This document shows positions 1 through 9,864 of a stretch of 64,000 bases of DNA, piece by piece (the first letter of the stretch is position 1; every line of letters begins with the position of its first letter). The stretch spans positions 1,301 to 65,300 of the forward strand of contig PNNF01000011.1 in assembly GCA_013824085.1 (NCBI GenBank). The letters run 5' to 3'. This DNA comes from Chlorobiaceae bacterium (GTDB taxonomy: Bacteria > Bacteroidota > Ignavibacteria > Ignavibacteriales > Ignavibacteriaceae). The position numbers and the translations under genes were made by a program. The notes under the pieces are model-generated. The model saw only the letters and a list, made by a program, of their open reading frames with translations. It did not search any database and had not been told where the DNA came from.

Positions 1-666
1 TTTCTTACAAAGCTGGGGCAAGAATTAAAATTTTCACAAAATCATAAACTTAGAGTTGAAGTAGCTTTTTGTCATCTTATTGCTTTGGAAAGATCGATGC
101 AAATTTCTGAGTTGATTGATTCGATAAAGAAAGATGAAACGAAAGAAGAATCTAAATCTGAAAAATTAACTTCAGAAAAAACTCCTCAAGAAAAAATTGA
201 AGTTCAGCAAAAACCAGTTTTGAAATATCAAAATCCAGAGCGAAAAGAGATTCCAATCAAAGAATCAAAAGTCGGTTTTGGAACAGATAGTTTGTTTAAT
301 TATCAATCTGTCGTTGATAAATGGGAAAGTTTTATTAACACAATCAGAGCTGAGCGAAATTTAATTTTGGGTAGCATCCTCGATCAAATTTATCCGATCT
401 CATTTGATAAAAACGAATTAAAAATTTCTATAATGGATAAAGATTCGCATGTTCTATTTGAGGAAAATTCAGATTATTTCTCGAAGAAGGCATTAGAAAT
501 TTATGGAAAGAAACTAACTTTCTTGACAGTTAAAGAAGAAAATAGCCAAACAATTAATCAACCTCCAAAAACTGAAACTCCTCGAACTGTTTCTCCTCCG
601 AAAGAGTCAGATCCTGTAATTGATGCTATTGTAAAAGAATTAGGTGGCAAACAAATTTTTAAGTAA
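1..666 (+). CDS. dnaX: DNA polymerase III subunit gamma/tau, C-terminal part (5' end outside window)
   Basis: Frame 1 is open from base 1 (FLTKLGQELKFSQNHKLRVEVAFCHLIAL...) and runs into the listed 85..666 ORF. A K/E/P-rich linker is followed by a C-terminal block (WESFINTIRAERNLILGSIL...ISFDKNELKI) that resembles the tau C-terminal domain. Recognised from memory, not from a search. Confidence 0.5.
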   Translation, partial: FLTKLGQELKFSQNHKLRVEVAFCHLIALERSMQISELIDSIKKDETKEESKSEKLTSEKTPQEKIEVQQKPVLKYQNPERKEIPIKESKVGFGTDSLFNYQSVVDKWESFINTIRAERNLILGSILDQIYPISFDKNELKISIMDKDSHVLFEENSDYFSKKALEIYGKKLTFLTVKEENSQTINQPPKTETPRTVSPPKESDPVIDAIVKELGGKQIFK

Positions 667-707
667 GCCAGTTGAATATATTGGCATAATTTCGTAAATT
701 TAAAACT

Positions 708-1391
708 ATGCCAAATAAATTAATTATAGCAATTGATGGACCTGCCGGCTCAGGCAAAAGTACTACAGCTAAAATCTTAGCAGATAGAATCGGATATCTT
801 TATATTGATACCGGCGCAATGTATAGAGCAATTACTTTTTTAGCAATTAGAGACAACTTTGTAAATAATTCGGTTGAAATTATTAACAAGACAAAAAATT
901 GTAAAATTGAACTCGCTTATGAAAATGGATTGACTCGCGTTTTTGTAGATGGTGAAGAAGTGACTGAATTCATTCGAGAAAAAGATGTTAATGATTGCGT
1001 TAGTGAAATAAGTAAAATTGAAGAAGTTCGTTCGGAGTTGGTAAGAAAACAGAAAGAACTTGGTAAAAATGGCGGCGTGGTGATGGAAGGACGAGATATT
1101 GGAACTGTAGTTTTTCCGTATGCTGATGTTAAAGTTTTTTTGACCGCATCTATTGATGAAAGAGCAGTTAGACGTACAAAAGAATATGTTCAAAAAGGAA
1201 AAAATATTCCGATGGAAGACGTTAAGCATAATTTAGAAACTCGAGATAAAATTGATTCTTCTCGAATTGTCAGTCCATTAAAAATTGCTGAAGACGCTTT
1301 CATAGTTGATACTACTGCTTTAACGGTTGATGAACAAGTGAATGAAATATTAATTCAGATAAATAAAATATTGGAACTAAAGAACGATTGA
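708..1391 (+). CDS. cmk: cytidylate kinase
   Basis: IAIDGPAGSGKSTTAKILADRIGYLYIDTGAMYRA P-loop/CMP-kinase signature. Length is 227 aa. The conserved cmk...rpsA neighbourhood is present. Confidence 0.95.
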   Translation: MPNKLIIAIDGPAGSGKSTTAKILADRIGYLYIDTGAMYRAITFLAIRDNFVNNSVEIINKTKNCKIELAYENGLTRVFVDGEEVTEFIREKDVNDCVSEISKIEEVRSELVRKQKELGKNGGVVMEGRDIGTVVFPYADVKVFLTASIDERAVRRTKEYVQKGKNIPMEDVKHNLETRDKIDSSRIVSPLKIAEDAFIVDTTALTVDEQVNEILIQINKILELKND

Positions 1392-1433
1392 TATCTGTTT
1401 TTAGATTATCAATAATTTTTTTGTTATAAGAAA

Positions 1434-2318
1434 ATGAAAATTTCAATCGATAAATATGCAGGATTCTGTTGGGGCGTTGTAAGAGCAATTGAATTTGCTG
1501 AGCAGGAACTTGAGAGAACAGAAAAAGTATTTTCGCTTGGAGATGTCATTCACAACGCAGCAGAAGTTGCACGACTAAATAATTTAGGACTCGAAACTGT
1601 TTCTGTGAATGATTTTGATAAATTGGAAAAAGGAAGTAAAATTCTGATTCGTGCTCATGGCGAACCGCCCTCAACATATTTTGAAGCTATGAATAAAGGG
1701 CTTGAAATAATTGATGCCACTTGTCCCGTTGTAACAAAGGTTCAAGAAAGAATTAAAAAATTTGTTGATAAAGAATATCAAGTCGTTATCTTTGGAAAAA
1801 AAGATCATGCAGAAGTTATTGGCTTAAATGGTGTTACGAATAATAGTGCGATTATTATTCACTCTTTAGAAGAAGCTTTAGAAAAAATTGATTTAAGAAA
1901 GCCAACAGTTCTCTTTTCTCAAACGACAATGGATAAACAAGAGTTTGCAAAAATCGCAGATGCGTTAAAAGAAAAAGTTGAAGAATTAATTGTTAGCACT
2001 ATGGAAGAAGAAGCAATTGATTTTCATGCAAAAGATACGATTTGTGGACAGGTTTCAGGAAGAGAAAAAAAACTGCGTGAGTATGCGAAGTCTAATGATG
2101 TAATAATTTTTATTGCAGGAAGAAAAAGTAGCAACGGAAAAGTTCTTTATAATATTGCTAAGGAAGAAAATTCAAAAACTTTTTTTGTGGAAACAAAAGA
2201 TGAAATAGAATACTCTTGGTTTGAGAATGCTGAGACAGTTGGAATAACAGGAGCAACCTCAACACCACATTGGCAAATGAATGAAGTAAAAAATATTTTG
2301 GAAGAAAAATTTAATTAA
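1434..2318 (+). CDS. ispH: 4-hydroxy-3-methylbut-2-enyl diphosphate reductase
   Basis: The three-Cys LytB pattern is present (GFCWGV..., DATCPVV..., DTICGQV...) together with HGEPP. Length is 294 aa. Confidence 0.93.
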   Translation: MKISIDKYAGFCWGVVRAIEFAEQELERTEKVFSLGDVIHNAAEVARLNNLGLETVSVNDFDKLEKGSKILIRAHGEPPSTYFEAMNKGLEIIDATCPVVTKVQERIKKFVDKEYQVVIFGKKDHAEVIGLNGVTNNSAIIIHSLEEALEKIDLRKPTVLFSQTTMDKQEFAKIADALKEKVEELIVSTMEEEAIDFHAKDTICGQVSGREKKLREYAKSNDVIIFIAGRKSSNGKVLYNIAKEENSKTFFVETKDEIEYSWFENAETVGITGATSTPHWQMNEVKNILEEKFN

Positions 2319-2426
2319 TAAACTATAAACCATTAATAAACAACTAATGTTAAAATAATATATCTACCGATAAGAATTTCTTTTAATGGTTTAGGAATTT
2401 TTATGGTAAAATTTAGTGGAGGTTTA

Positions 2427-4235
2427 ATGCCTAATTTTGATGTTCTGACAAACGATGATTTCGAAAAAGCTCGAAGATTTCATGATGAAGATACGTATTC
2501 GCCAGAGGAATTTTTAGTTTTATCAAAGCTCTATAGCGATTCTTTCCGAAATGTAAAAGAAGGAGAGATCGTAAAGGGAAGAATTGTAAGAATTGAAGGC
2601 GATTCAGTTATTGTTGATGTCGGTTTCAAATCTGAAGGAAGAATTCACAAAGAAGAATTCCCAAATCTTGAAGCTATGAAAATTGGTCAGCCAGTTGAAG
2701 TTGTTCTCGAAAGTGTTGAAGACCAAGAAGGAAATTTGGTCCTCAGCAAAAAGAGAGCTGACTTCCTAAGAATCTGGGAAAAAGTTCTTGCAGCTTATGA
2801 AAGCGGGGAGATTATTCAAGGGAAAATTGTTCGTAGAATTAAAGGTGGAATGGTTGTTGACTTGATTGGAATGGAAGCATTCTTACCAGGTTCACAAATT
2901 GATGTTCGTCCGATTAGAGATTTTGATGCTTTCGTTGGTAGAGAGATGGACTTTAAAGTTGTTAAAGTTAACGTCCCTACTGAAAACGTTGTTGTATCGC
3001 ACAAAGTTCTTGTTGAAGAAGAGATGGCTGATCAAAGAAAATCAATTCTTGAAAAACTTGAGAAGGGACAAATTCTACAAGGTACAGTTAAAGCAATTAC
3101 TGACTTTGGAGTCTTCGTTGATCTCGGTGGAGTTGATGGATTAATTCACATAACAGACTTGAGTTGGGGAAGAATTAATCATCCTAACGAAGTTGTTAAG
3201 CTCGATCAAGTTATCAATATTGTTGTTACTGATTTCGATGAAGAGAAAAAACGAATTTCTCTCAGCTTGAAAAAATTACTTGCTCATCCTTGGGAAAGTA
3301 TTGACGAAAAATATAAAATCGGAGATAAAGTTTCTGGTAAAGTTGTATCTCTTACTGATTACGGTGCATTTATTGAAATCGAGAAAGGTATTGAAGGCTT
3401 GATTCATAACTCAGAAATGAGCTGGACTCAACACGTGAAACATCCTTCACAAATGGTTTCAATGGGACAAATGATTGAAGCAGTTATCTTAAGTCTTGAA
3501 AAAGATGATAAGAAAATTTCTCTTGGAATTAAACAACTCGAACCAGATCCATGGCAAGAATTGATGCAAAAATATCCTGTTGGTGCAAAGAGACTTGGCA
3601 TTGCTCGTAACTTAACTAACTTTGGAGTTTTTGTTGAACTTGAGCCCGGCATTGATGGACTAGTTCACATCTCTGATTTATCTTGGACAAAGAAAATTAG
3701 ACACCCCGGCGAAGTAGTTAAGAAAGGTGAAAGACTTGAAGTAGTTGTCCTTTCAGTTGATGTTGAACAAAGAAAAATTTCTTTAGGACACAAACAAGTT
3801 CAAGACAATCCTTGGGATTCATTTGAAAAGCTCTACAATGTTGATACAATTGTAAAAGGAAAAGTTGTAAGAATAATTGAAAAAGGATTGATTGCAGAAT
3901 TACCTGCTGGCGTTGATGGCTTTGTTCCAGCAAATTTCTTATCTCCATCCAAAATAAAAAATCTTGCTCTTCATTTCCCAATCGATGAACATTTGGAATT
4001 GAAAGTAATTGAGTTCGACAAAGAAAACAAAAAAATTGTATTAAGTGCATTAGCATATTTGAAAGATACTAATGAGACTGAAATCCAAACTTATATCGAC
4101 TCTCATAAACTTGAAAAAGTTTCAGTAGAAGATATTAAGAGTGTTGTTATTGTTAGCGAACCAATAACGGATTTCCCAAATTTTGACATTCCCGCAATAC
4201 CATCTGTTGGTCCTGCTGATGACAAAATTTCTTAA
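2427..4235 (+). CDS. rpsA: 30S ribosomal protein S1
   Basis: Six tandem S1/OB repeats (G.IV.G.V......G..VD.G...G..H.S) are visible. The start is placed at ATG 2427 directly behind GGAGG, not at the upstream in-frame ATG 2403. Confidence 0.93.
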   Translation: MPNFDVLTNDDFEKARRFHDEDTYSPEEFLVLSKLYSDSFRNVKEGEIVKGRIVRIEGDSVIVDVGFKSEGRIHKEEFPNLEAMKIGQPVEVVLESVEDQEGNLVLSKKRADFLRIWEKVLAAYESGEIIQGKIVRRIKGGMVVDLIGMEAFLPGSQIDVRPIRDFDAFVGREMDFKVVKVNVPTENVVVSHKVLVEEEMADQRKSILEKLEKGQILQGTVKAITDFGVFVDLGGVDGLIHITDLSWGRINHPNEVVKLDQVINIVVTDFDEEKKRISLSLKKLLAHPWESIDEKYKIGDKVSGKVVSLTDYGAFIEIEKGIEGLIHNSEMSWTQHVKHPSQMVSMGQMIEAVILSLEKDDKKISLGIKQLEPDPWQELMQKYPVGAKRLGIARNLTNFGVFVELEPGIDGLVHISDLSWTKKIRHPGEVVKKGERLEVVVLSVDVEQRKISLGHKQVQDNPWDSFEKLYNVDTIVKGKVVRIIEKGLIAELPAGVDGFVPANFLSPSKIKNLALHFPIDEHLELKVIEFDKENKKIVLSALAYLKDTNETEIQTYIDSHKLEKVSVEDIKSVVIVSEPITDFPNFDIPAIPSVGPADDKIS

Positions 4236-4261
4236 TGTGTAAAAAATAGTTCAATTATAAA

Positions 4262-4288
4262 GGCGAAATTTTTATTTCGCCTTTTTTT
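4262..4288 (+). terminator. rho-independent terminator after rpsA
   Basis: GGCGAAAT-TTTT-ATTTCGCC hairpin followed by a T7 run. Confidence 0.8.
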
Positions 4289-4299
4289 ATAGGAAAAAA

Positions 4300-5634
4300 A
4301 TGGATAGAAAAGTTTGTTTATACACTTTGGGCTGTAAGCTGAACTTCTCTGAAACTTCAACAATCGGAAAACAATTTCAGAGCAACGGTTTTTCAGTTGT
4401 AGATATTGATGACAGTGCTGACGTTTATGTAATTAACACTTGCACGGTTACAGAGAATGCAGAAAAAGAATGTAGGCAAATTATTAGACGTGCATTAAGA
4501 AAAAATCCGAAAGCATTTATTGTTGTAACGGGTTGCTATGCACAACTTAGACCTGAAGAAATCTCCTTTATTGATGGTGTTGATCTCGTCCTTGGCAGTA
4601 ACGAAAAATTTAATCTTTTTGATCACGCAAAAAATTTTGAAAAAAGTGAACTCGCTTGCATAAGCGTTTCTCCAACTGATCAACTCGATTATTTCGGATT
4701 TGCCTCCTCTACTGATTCTGATTCTCGCACTCGTGCTTACCTGAAAATTCAAGATGGCTGTGATTACAAATGTACTTTTTGCACAATTCCACTTGCACGC
4801 GGAAAGAGCAGAAGTATGAATCCTGACGATGTGATCAAAGAATTTGTCTCTCTCGTAAAACAAAATTATAAAGAAATTATTTTGACAGGCGTAAATGTTG
4901 GTGATTATGGAAAAGCTCACAATCTTAATTTGCATAGTTTATTGACTCGGATGATTCAAGTTGAGGGAGATTTTCGTATTCGCATTAGCTCGATTGAACC
5001 GAATCTATTAACAGATGAAATCTTAGAGCTTACTGCAAGTTCAGAAAAAATGTGCAAGCATTTTCATATCCCATTGCAAAGTGGAAGTGCAAAAATATTA
5101 AAACTGATGCAACGTCGTTACACTCTGGATGATTATTCTCAATTAATTACAAGAGCAAAAAATATTTTTCCTGAGCTTGGAATTGGTGTTGACGTTATTG
5201 TTGGCTTCCCCGGTGAAGGTGAAGAGGAGTTTCTTGAGACTTATAATTTTTTAAGCGCCTTGCCAATTTCATATTTACATGTCTTTACATATTCTGAAAG
5301 ACCTGATACCAAAGCAATATCAATGCCTAATGAAGTTGATGTGTATGAAAGAAAAAAACGGAATAAACTTTTGAGATTGTTGAGTGAACAGAAAAAAAAT
5401 GATTTTTATTTATCGCAAGTTGGTAAACATTTAAAAGTTATTTTTGAAACAGAAAATGATTTAGGAAAGATGAAAGGCTATAGCTCAAATTATATTCGTG
5501 TTGTAGAAGACTATAATAAAAATTTTGTAAATAATATTACTTCAGTAGAAGTGAATAAATATGATGGTGTCTATTGTTCAGGAAATATATTAGGCAATAA
5601 ATTTGCATTTGATTCGAGTCTATTCGCTAATTAA
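4300..5634 (+). CDS. mtaB: tRNA t6A37 methylthiotransferase (MtaB-type radical SAM MTTase)
   Basis: The N-terminal UPF0004 Cys triad context (YTLGCKLNFSE, INTCTVT) is present, as is the radical-SAM motif CDYKCTFCTIP and a C-terminal TRAM-like tail. Length is 444 aa. Confidence 0.8.
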   Translation: MDRKVCLYTLGCKLNFSETSTIGKQFQSNGFSVVDIDDSADVYVINTCTVTENAEKECRQIIRRALRKNPKAFIVVTGCYAQLRPEEISFIDGVDLVLGSNEKFNLFDHAKNFEKSELACISVSPTDQLDYFGFASSTDSDSRTRAYLKIQDGCDYKCTFCTIPLARGKSRSMNPDDVIKEFVSLVKQNYKEIILTGVNVGDYGKAHNLNLHSLLTRMIQVEGDFRIRISSIEPNLLTDEILELTASSEKMCKHFHIPLQSGSAKILKLMQRRYTLDDYSQLITRAKNIFPELGIGVDVIVGFPGEGEEEFLETYNFLSALPISYLHVFTYSERPDTKAISMPNEVDVYERKKRNKLLRLLSEQKKNDFYLSQVGKHLKVIFETENDLGKMKGYSSNYIRVVEDYNKNFVNNITSVEVNKYDGVYCSGNILGNKFAFDSSLFAN

Positions 5635-5649
5635 TTTTAACATAAAAAA

Positions 5650-6384
5650 ATGAAAAAAATTCTATTCTCAATTTTAGTTTTATCATCAATAACTTTCGCT
5701 CAAGAAGTTCAAACAAAATCCTCTCAAGATTTAAAAATCTTTGCTAAAGAAAATCTAAAAAAATCCGATTCGAACTTTGAAATTGAGTATTTGCAATCAA
5801 AGCAGAAGAGTCCCGCATTAGCCATTTTATATTCTGCAGTGCTGCCTGGAATGGGTGAGCTTTATGCAGACAATTATTCTTCGGGAAAATATTTTACAAT
5901 ATCTGAAGCGTCTCTATGGTTAGTCTATTTTGGAATGGATTATCATGCTGGGTTGAAAAAAGATAATTATTTGGCGTATGCAAAAACTTTTGGTGGCGTT
6001 GATGTTGCAAACAAAGATGAAGATTTTTTTGCGAACATCGGAAATTTTGGAAGCATAGAAGATTATAATGACGACAGAAGTTTTTATAGAAGATTTAATG
6101 AAATGTACAATGACCCTTCATACAATTGGAGATGGAACAGTGATGGCGAGCGTAGAGCTTACAGAAGATTATGGGTCTCCTCTCAGCAAACAATAATTAA
6201 CATGCGATTTGCTACAGGAGCATTAATCTTGAATAGACTTATGAGTATTATTAATGCTGTGCGATTAGTAAATGTGTATAATAAAAATTTGCAATCAGAA
6301 TCTTCTTATAATTTCTTTATGGATTACAATACAGACGAAACAGCGATACAAAATATCTCAATAAATTTAATTAAATCATTTTGA
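5650..6384 (+). CDS. hypothetical secreted/membrane-associated protein
   Basis: Signal peptide MKKILFSILVLSSITFAQ and a hydrophobic PALAILYSAVLPGMGELYA segment. Tightly spaced after mtaB. No family recognised with confidence. Confidence 0.55.
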   Translation: MKKILFSILVLSSITFAQEVQTKSSQDLKIFAKENLKKSDSNFEIEYLQSKQKSPALAILYSAVLPGMGELYADNYSSGKYFTISEASLWLVYFGMDYHAGLKKDNYLAYAKTFGGVDVANKDEDFFANIGNFGSIEDYNDDRSFYRRFNEMYNDPSYNWRWNSDGERRAYRRLWVSSQQTIINMRFATGALILNRLMSIINAVRLVNVYNKNLQSESSYNFFMDYNTDETAIQNISINLIKSF

Positions 6385-6452
6385 TAAAATATTGATTTGT
6401 TGAAGTTTCAAATTATAGTTAATTTTCATTTCAAAAATTCTGAGGAAAATTG

Positions 6453-7181
6453 ATGAATGTTGATGCTCTTATTTTTGCTGCTCATCCCGATGATGCAGAA
6501 TTGTCAATGGGGGGAACAATTGCAAAACTGTCCAAACAAAATCTAAAAGTCGGAATCATTGATGTAACTCGTGGCGAGCTTGGAACACGAGGCACTGCTG
6601 AAACTAGACAAGAAGAAGCTTTCAAGGCGGGAATAATCTTAAAAATTGCTGTCAGAGAAAACTTAAATATTCCTGATGGGGCGATAGGCAATGACGAAAC
6701 TGCCTTATCAAAAATAATTTCTTCTATCCGAAAATATAAACCCAAAATAATTTTTGCTCCTTACTTTGTCGATCGACATCCTGATCATTCTCATTTAAGT
6801 CAACTTGTGAAAGACGCTTATTTCTTTTCGGGACTTCCGAAAGTAAAAACAGAAATAAAAAATAGAAAACAAGATGCATATCGTCCAAAAAAACTCTACT
6901 ACTTTATGCAAACTTATACTTTTGATCCTACTTTTATTGTTGACATTTCTGATACGTTTGAGATGAAGATGAAAGCGGTGAAAGCGTTTGACACACAGTT
7001 TTATGATCCCAAAAGTAAAGAGCCAGAAACTTTTATTAGTCAACCAGGTTTTATAAAATTTATAGAATCACGCGCCCAATTTTATGGCTTCAAGATTGGT
7101 AAACAGTATGGTGAACCATTTTATTGTGAAGAAGAAATTGAATTGAATTTAGCGGAAGCAATAAAATCTTTACAGAAATAA
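6453..7181 (+). CDS. bshB1: bacillithiol biosynthesis deacetylase BshB1 (LmbE/PIG-L family)
   Basis: AHPDDAELSMGGTIAKL...DVTRGELGTRGTAETRQEEA matches the LmbE zinc-deacetylase and BshB1 pattern. ATG 6453 behind GAGGA is preferred over TTG 6450. Confidence 0.8.
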   Translation: MNVDALIFAAHPDDAELSMGGTIAKLSKQNLKVGIIDVTRGELGTRGTAETRQEEAFKAGIILKIAVRENLNIPDGAIGNDETALSKIISSIRKYKPKIIFAPYFVDRHPDHSHLSQLVKDAYFFSGLPKVKTEIKNRKQDAYRPKKLYYFMQTYTFDPTFIVDISDTFEMKMKAVKAFDTQFYDPKSKEPETFISQPGFIKFIESRAQFYGFKIGKQYGEPFYCEEEIELNLAEAIKSLQK

Positions 7182-7248
7182 TAAAGATTTGTTTTAGCAC
7201 AATTTATTTATTCGAAAGGAAAAATATTTTTCGAATTCAGTCCTAATT

Positions 7249-9726
7249 TTATTTGAGTAGAATCATCTTATTTACTTTGGTAATTTCTCCTATACTAATT
7301 TTATTAAAATAAATTCCGCTTGGTAAATTGCCTGCGTCAAACTCTATCTCATGGTTGCCGGGATTTTTTATCTCATCAACAAGAGTAGCAATTTCATTTC
7401 CTAACACATCAAATATTTTGAGTGTAACATGATTTTGTTTAGGTAAGAACCATTTAATCACAGTTGAAGCATTAAATGGATTAGGGAAATTCTGATACAA
7501 CATAAAATTTTTTTCATTAATAATTTTATCTTCAGAAGTCAAATTCGTCAATCCACTTTGGTAAGCAATTCTCAAATTGTCTAAATATATTGTTCCCTGA
7601 TAAGCTTGATTTGCTTGTCTGGTGCTACCAAGTTTAATACTAATTTGTCTTAACAAAAGTGGGAAATTAAAAAAGCCACCTCCTCCCATTGCTCCAGCAT
7701 TTGCAACTATTGAATTAAGTGATTCAAAAAAAATAGTATCGGTAGCAAATTTTCGAGTATTGATGCGGTACAACTCGCCATTCTCATCAGAAACAATAAA
7801 AGAGATGTGGTGCTGCATTCCATCAGATTTTGCATCAATAATTATGCTATCGGGAACACCAAAAATTGGAATATCTCTTTTTATATGAACCCATTGAACT
7901 TTATTGGGATCGTAAGTGAATTTGTAATCGACTTTGAATGAAGCACGTCCTTGTGAAAATTGGGAAAAACATAAATTTAAATTTGTTCCAATCGAATCAA
8001 TATTTTCACCCTGCAAACTCCATCCTACCAGAGAATCAAGTGAGCTTAATAATATTGTTCCTCGTCCAACTTGCACAGTAGCAAATGCAGTATCTCTTAC
8101 GCCTTGATAAGAAACAATAACTTGTGTAGATCCACTTCGTAAACCTTGTAATCTTCCTTGAGCATCAATCGAAGCTATAGTTGGATTAGTCACTTGCCAA
8201 GTATAATCAGTTAGATTAAGCGGACGTGGGGCTCCATCGGGATCAAAAGCAGACATACGAAATTCTTGTGTACGAATTGTATCAGTAACAAATGTTTTTG
8301 GAATTACCGAAATTCTTGAAATCGATTGAACGATTATTTTTGCTGAGTCTTTTAGTGAACCACGACTTACAATAACATAACCACTATCGGCATTCAGTCC
8401 TGCAGTGAATAATCCTGTTGGAGTTATTGTGCCAAAATTTTTGCTCAATGAATAAGTTAGCGTTGAGTGATTAAGTGGTATCGGGTTAAAATAATTGTCC
8501 GAACCAAAAGTTCTAAATTGAATAGATGAACCTCTGTAGATTTTCATAAATTGCGGAGTAATAATTAACTTCGATAAAGTGTCTTGAGGTGCTTTTGAAA
8601 TAACAAGCAATGAGTTTGAAACACTTCTTTCTCCGCCACCATCAGAAGGAGAATTTACAATTGAATCTCTAACGACCATTGTTGTTGATCCACCACCATC
8701 AAAATTAATTCCCCAGTGAACACCAATTTGAACCATAAAATCAGCAAGCTCAACTAAAGTCATTCCTGCACTAATCGTTTGTCTGCCATCAACTGTTAGT
8801 AAAAAAAGTTGAGAACTGTCAGCAGAAAAACCAGCCGCAGTTCGTGGATGCCTTTCAAACGTATGAGATGGCCCTCCTTCATCATTAAATCCTTGAACAG
8901 CAGAATTAATTCCGTTCCTAACAATTCTTGGGTAGCCGCCAATCAATTCTTTGAGACGAAATAAACCCGGAGAAATTGTTGTTATTAATTTTATTGTATC
9001 ACCAACATTTAATGTTGTTAAAAAAGTTTGAGTTGAACCGTGTCCTGATAAAACTGCAAAAGTTGTATCTGGAATTAACATATTCCCAGTATTAGCGACT
9101 CTATTTGAAACTACAAATCTCATAGTGTCGTTAACAAACCATTCACCAATTCTTTGGATTAATACTTCAGTTCCAAATTGATTTGTCGAAGTGGAATTAC
9201 CAAAAAAGCGATTGTATAAAATTAGTTGATCAGTTCCACGAGTGGCATTAACTGACGAGATTGATATTGACTGATTTTGTTTATTAAAAACTCGTCCACC
9301 GAGTGAGACAATATTTAACATTGGATTGTTATTGATGTCAAATCCGAGCGTTGAAAGGGAAGCAGGTGCGCGAAGAACTTGTCCGCCACGAATTTGAATA
9401 TTTATCGGAATTCCTGTGCCTCCATAAAAGTCGCCATTTATTGCACCAACAACGCGGTGTCCAGCAAAACTATTCCTTGCAGCCATTGAAGAAGTTCTCT
9501 CGAATCCTGCTAATCGGTCATTCGCTTTTGCCGTCATGATTTTAGTAAGTGGATTGTTGAGATCAATTCTTAAAATATTTATTTCCCAAGGAATTGAAGG
9601 AGCAAGAACTTTAGTATAAATTATTCCTGAACCAACAGGAAGAGTAAAAAGAGTATCGTATCTAATTTGTGAGTAGGATTTATTTGCAGCAAGAATGAAT
9701 AGAATTAAGAAAGTAATTTTTTTCAT
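7249..9726 (-). CDS. secreted phosphodiester glycosidase-family protein with Ig-like repeats and T9SS C-terminal sorting domain
   Basis: Signal peptide MKKITFLILFILAANKSYSQ. NAGPA-like core (INGDFY...NFDGGGSTTMVV). Big_2-like segments. C-terminal YQNFPNPFNASTVIKW...LKIFDVLGNEIATLVDE...SGIYFNKI...KMILLK is a typical Por secretion tail. Start set at ATG 9726 (GGAG upstream), not TTG 9747. Confidence 0.8.
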   Translation of the reverse strand: MKKITFLILFILAANKSYSQIRYDTLFTLPVGSGIIYTKVLAPSIPWEINILRIDLNNPLTKIMTAKANDRLAGFERTSSMAARNSFAGHRVVGAINGDFYGGTGIPINIQIRGGQVLRAPASLSTLGFDINNNPMLNIVSLGGRVFNKQNQSISISSVNATRGTDQLILYNRFFGNSTSTNQFGTEVLIQRIGEWFVNDTMRFVVSNRVANTGNMLIPDTTFAVLSGHGSTQTFLTTLNVGDTIKLITTISPGLFRLKELIGGYPRIVRNGINSAVQGFNDEGGPSHTFERHPRTAAGFSADSSQLFLLTVDGRQTISAGMTLVELADFMVQIGVHWGINFDGGGSTTMVVRDSIVNSPSDGGGERSVSNSLLVISKAPQDTLSKLIITPQFMKIYRGSSIQFRTFGSDNYFNPIPLNHSTLTYSLSKNFGTITPTGLFTAGLNADSGYVIVSRGSLKDSAKIIVQSISRISVIPKTFVTDTIRTQEFRMSAFDPDGAPRPLNLTDYTWQVTNPTIASIDAQGRLQGLRSGSTQVIVSYQGVRDTAFATVQVGRGTILLSSLDSLVGWSLQGENIDSIGTNLNLCFSQFSQGRASFKVDYKFTYDPNKVQWVHIKRDIPIFGVPDSIIIDAKSDGMQHHISFIVSDENGELYRINTRKFATDTIFFESLNSIVANAGAMGGGGFFNFPLLLRQISIKLGSTRQANQAYQGTIYLDNLRIAYQSGLTNLTSEDKIINEKNFMLYQNFPNPFNASTVIKWFLPKQNHVTLKIFDVLGNEIATLVDEIKNPGNHEIEFDAGNLPSGIYFNKISIGEITKVNKMILLK

Positions 9727-9864
9727 ATTAAAATTCTCCAATAACAATTTTTGTAATTGAAAATTAGAGAAAATAAATTTAACTATTTATAAAAAAACTG
9801 TCTCATTAGCTACTTGAAAATTTTACGAATAACTTTTGAGACAGTTGTAATAACAATTCTACCA

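Noticed and set aside
840-1229. 129-aa antisense ORF inside cmk. The same reasoning applies to 4495..4935 in mtaB, 33853..34233 in the RsmB-like gene, 46216..46575 in murC and 3718..4056 in rpsA
   Set aside because: They have AT-rich antisense frames with F/I/N/S-rich nonsense composition, and the sense-strand genes are unambiguous.
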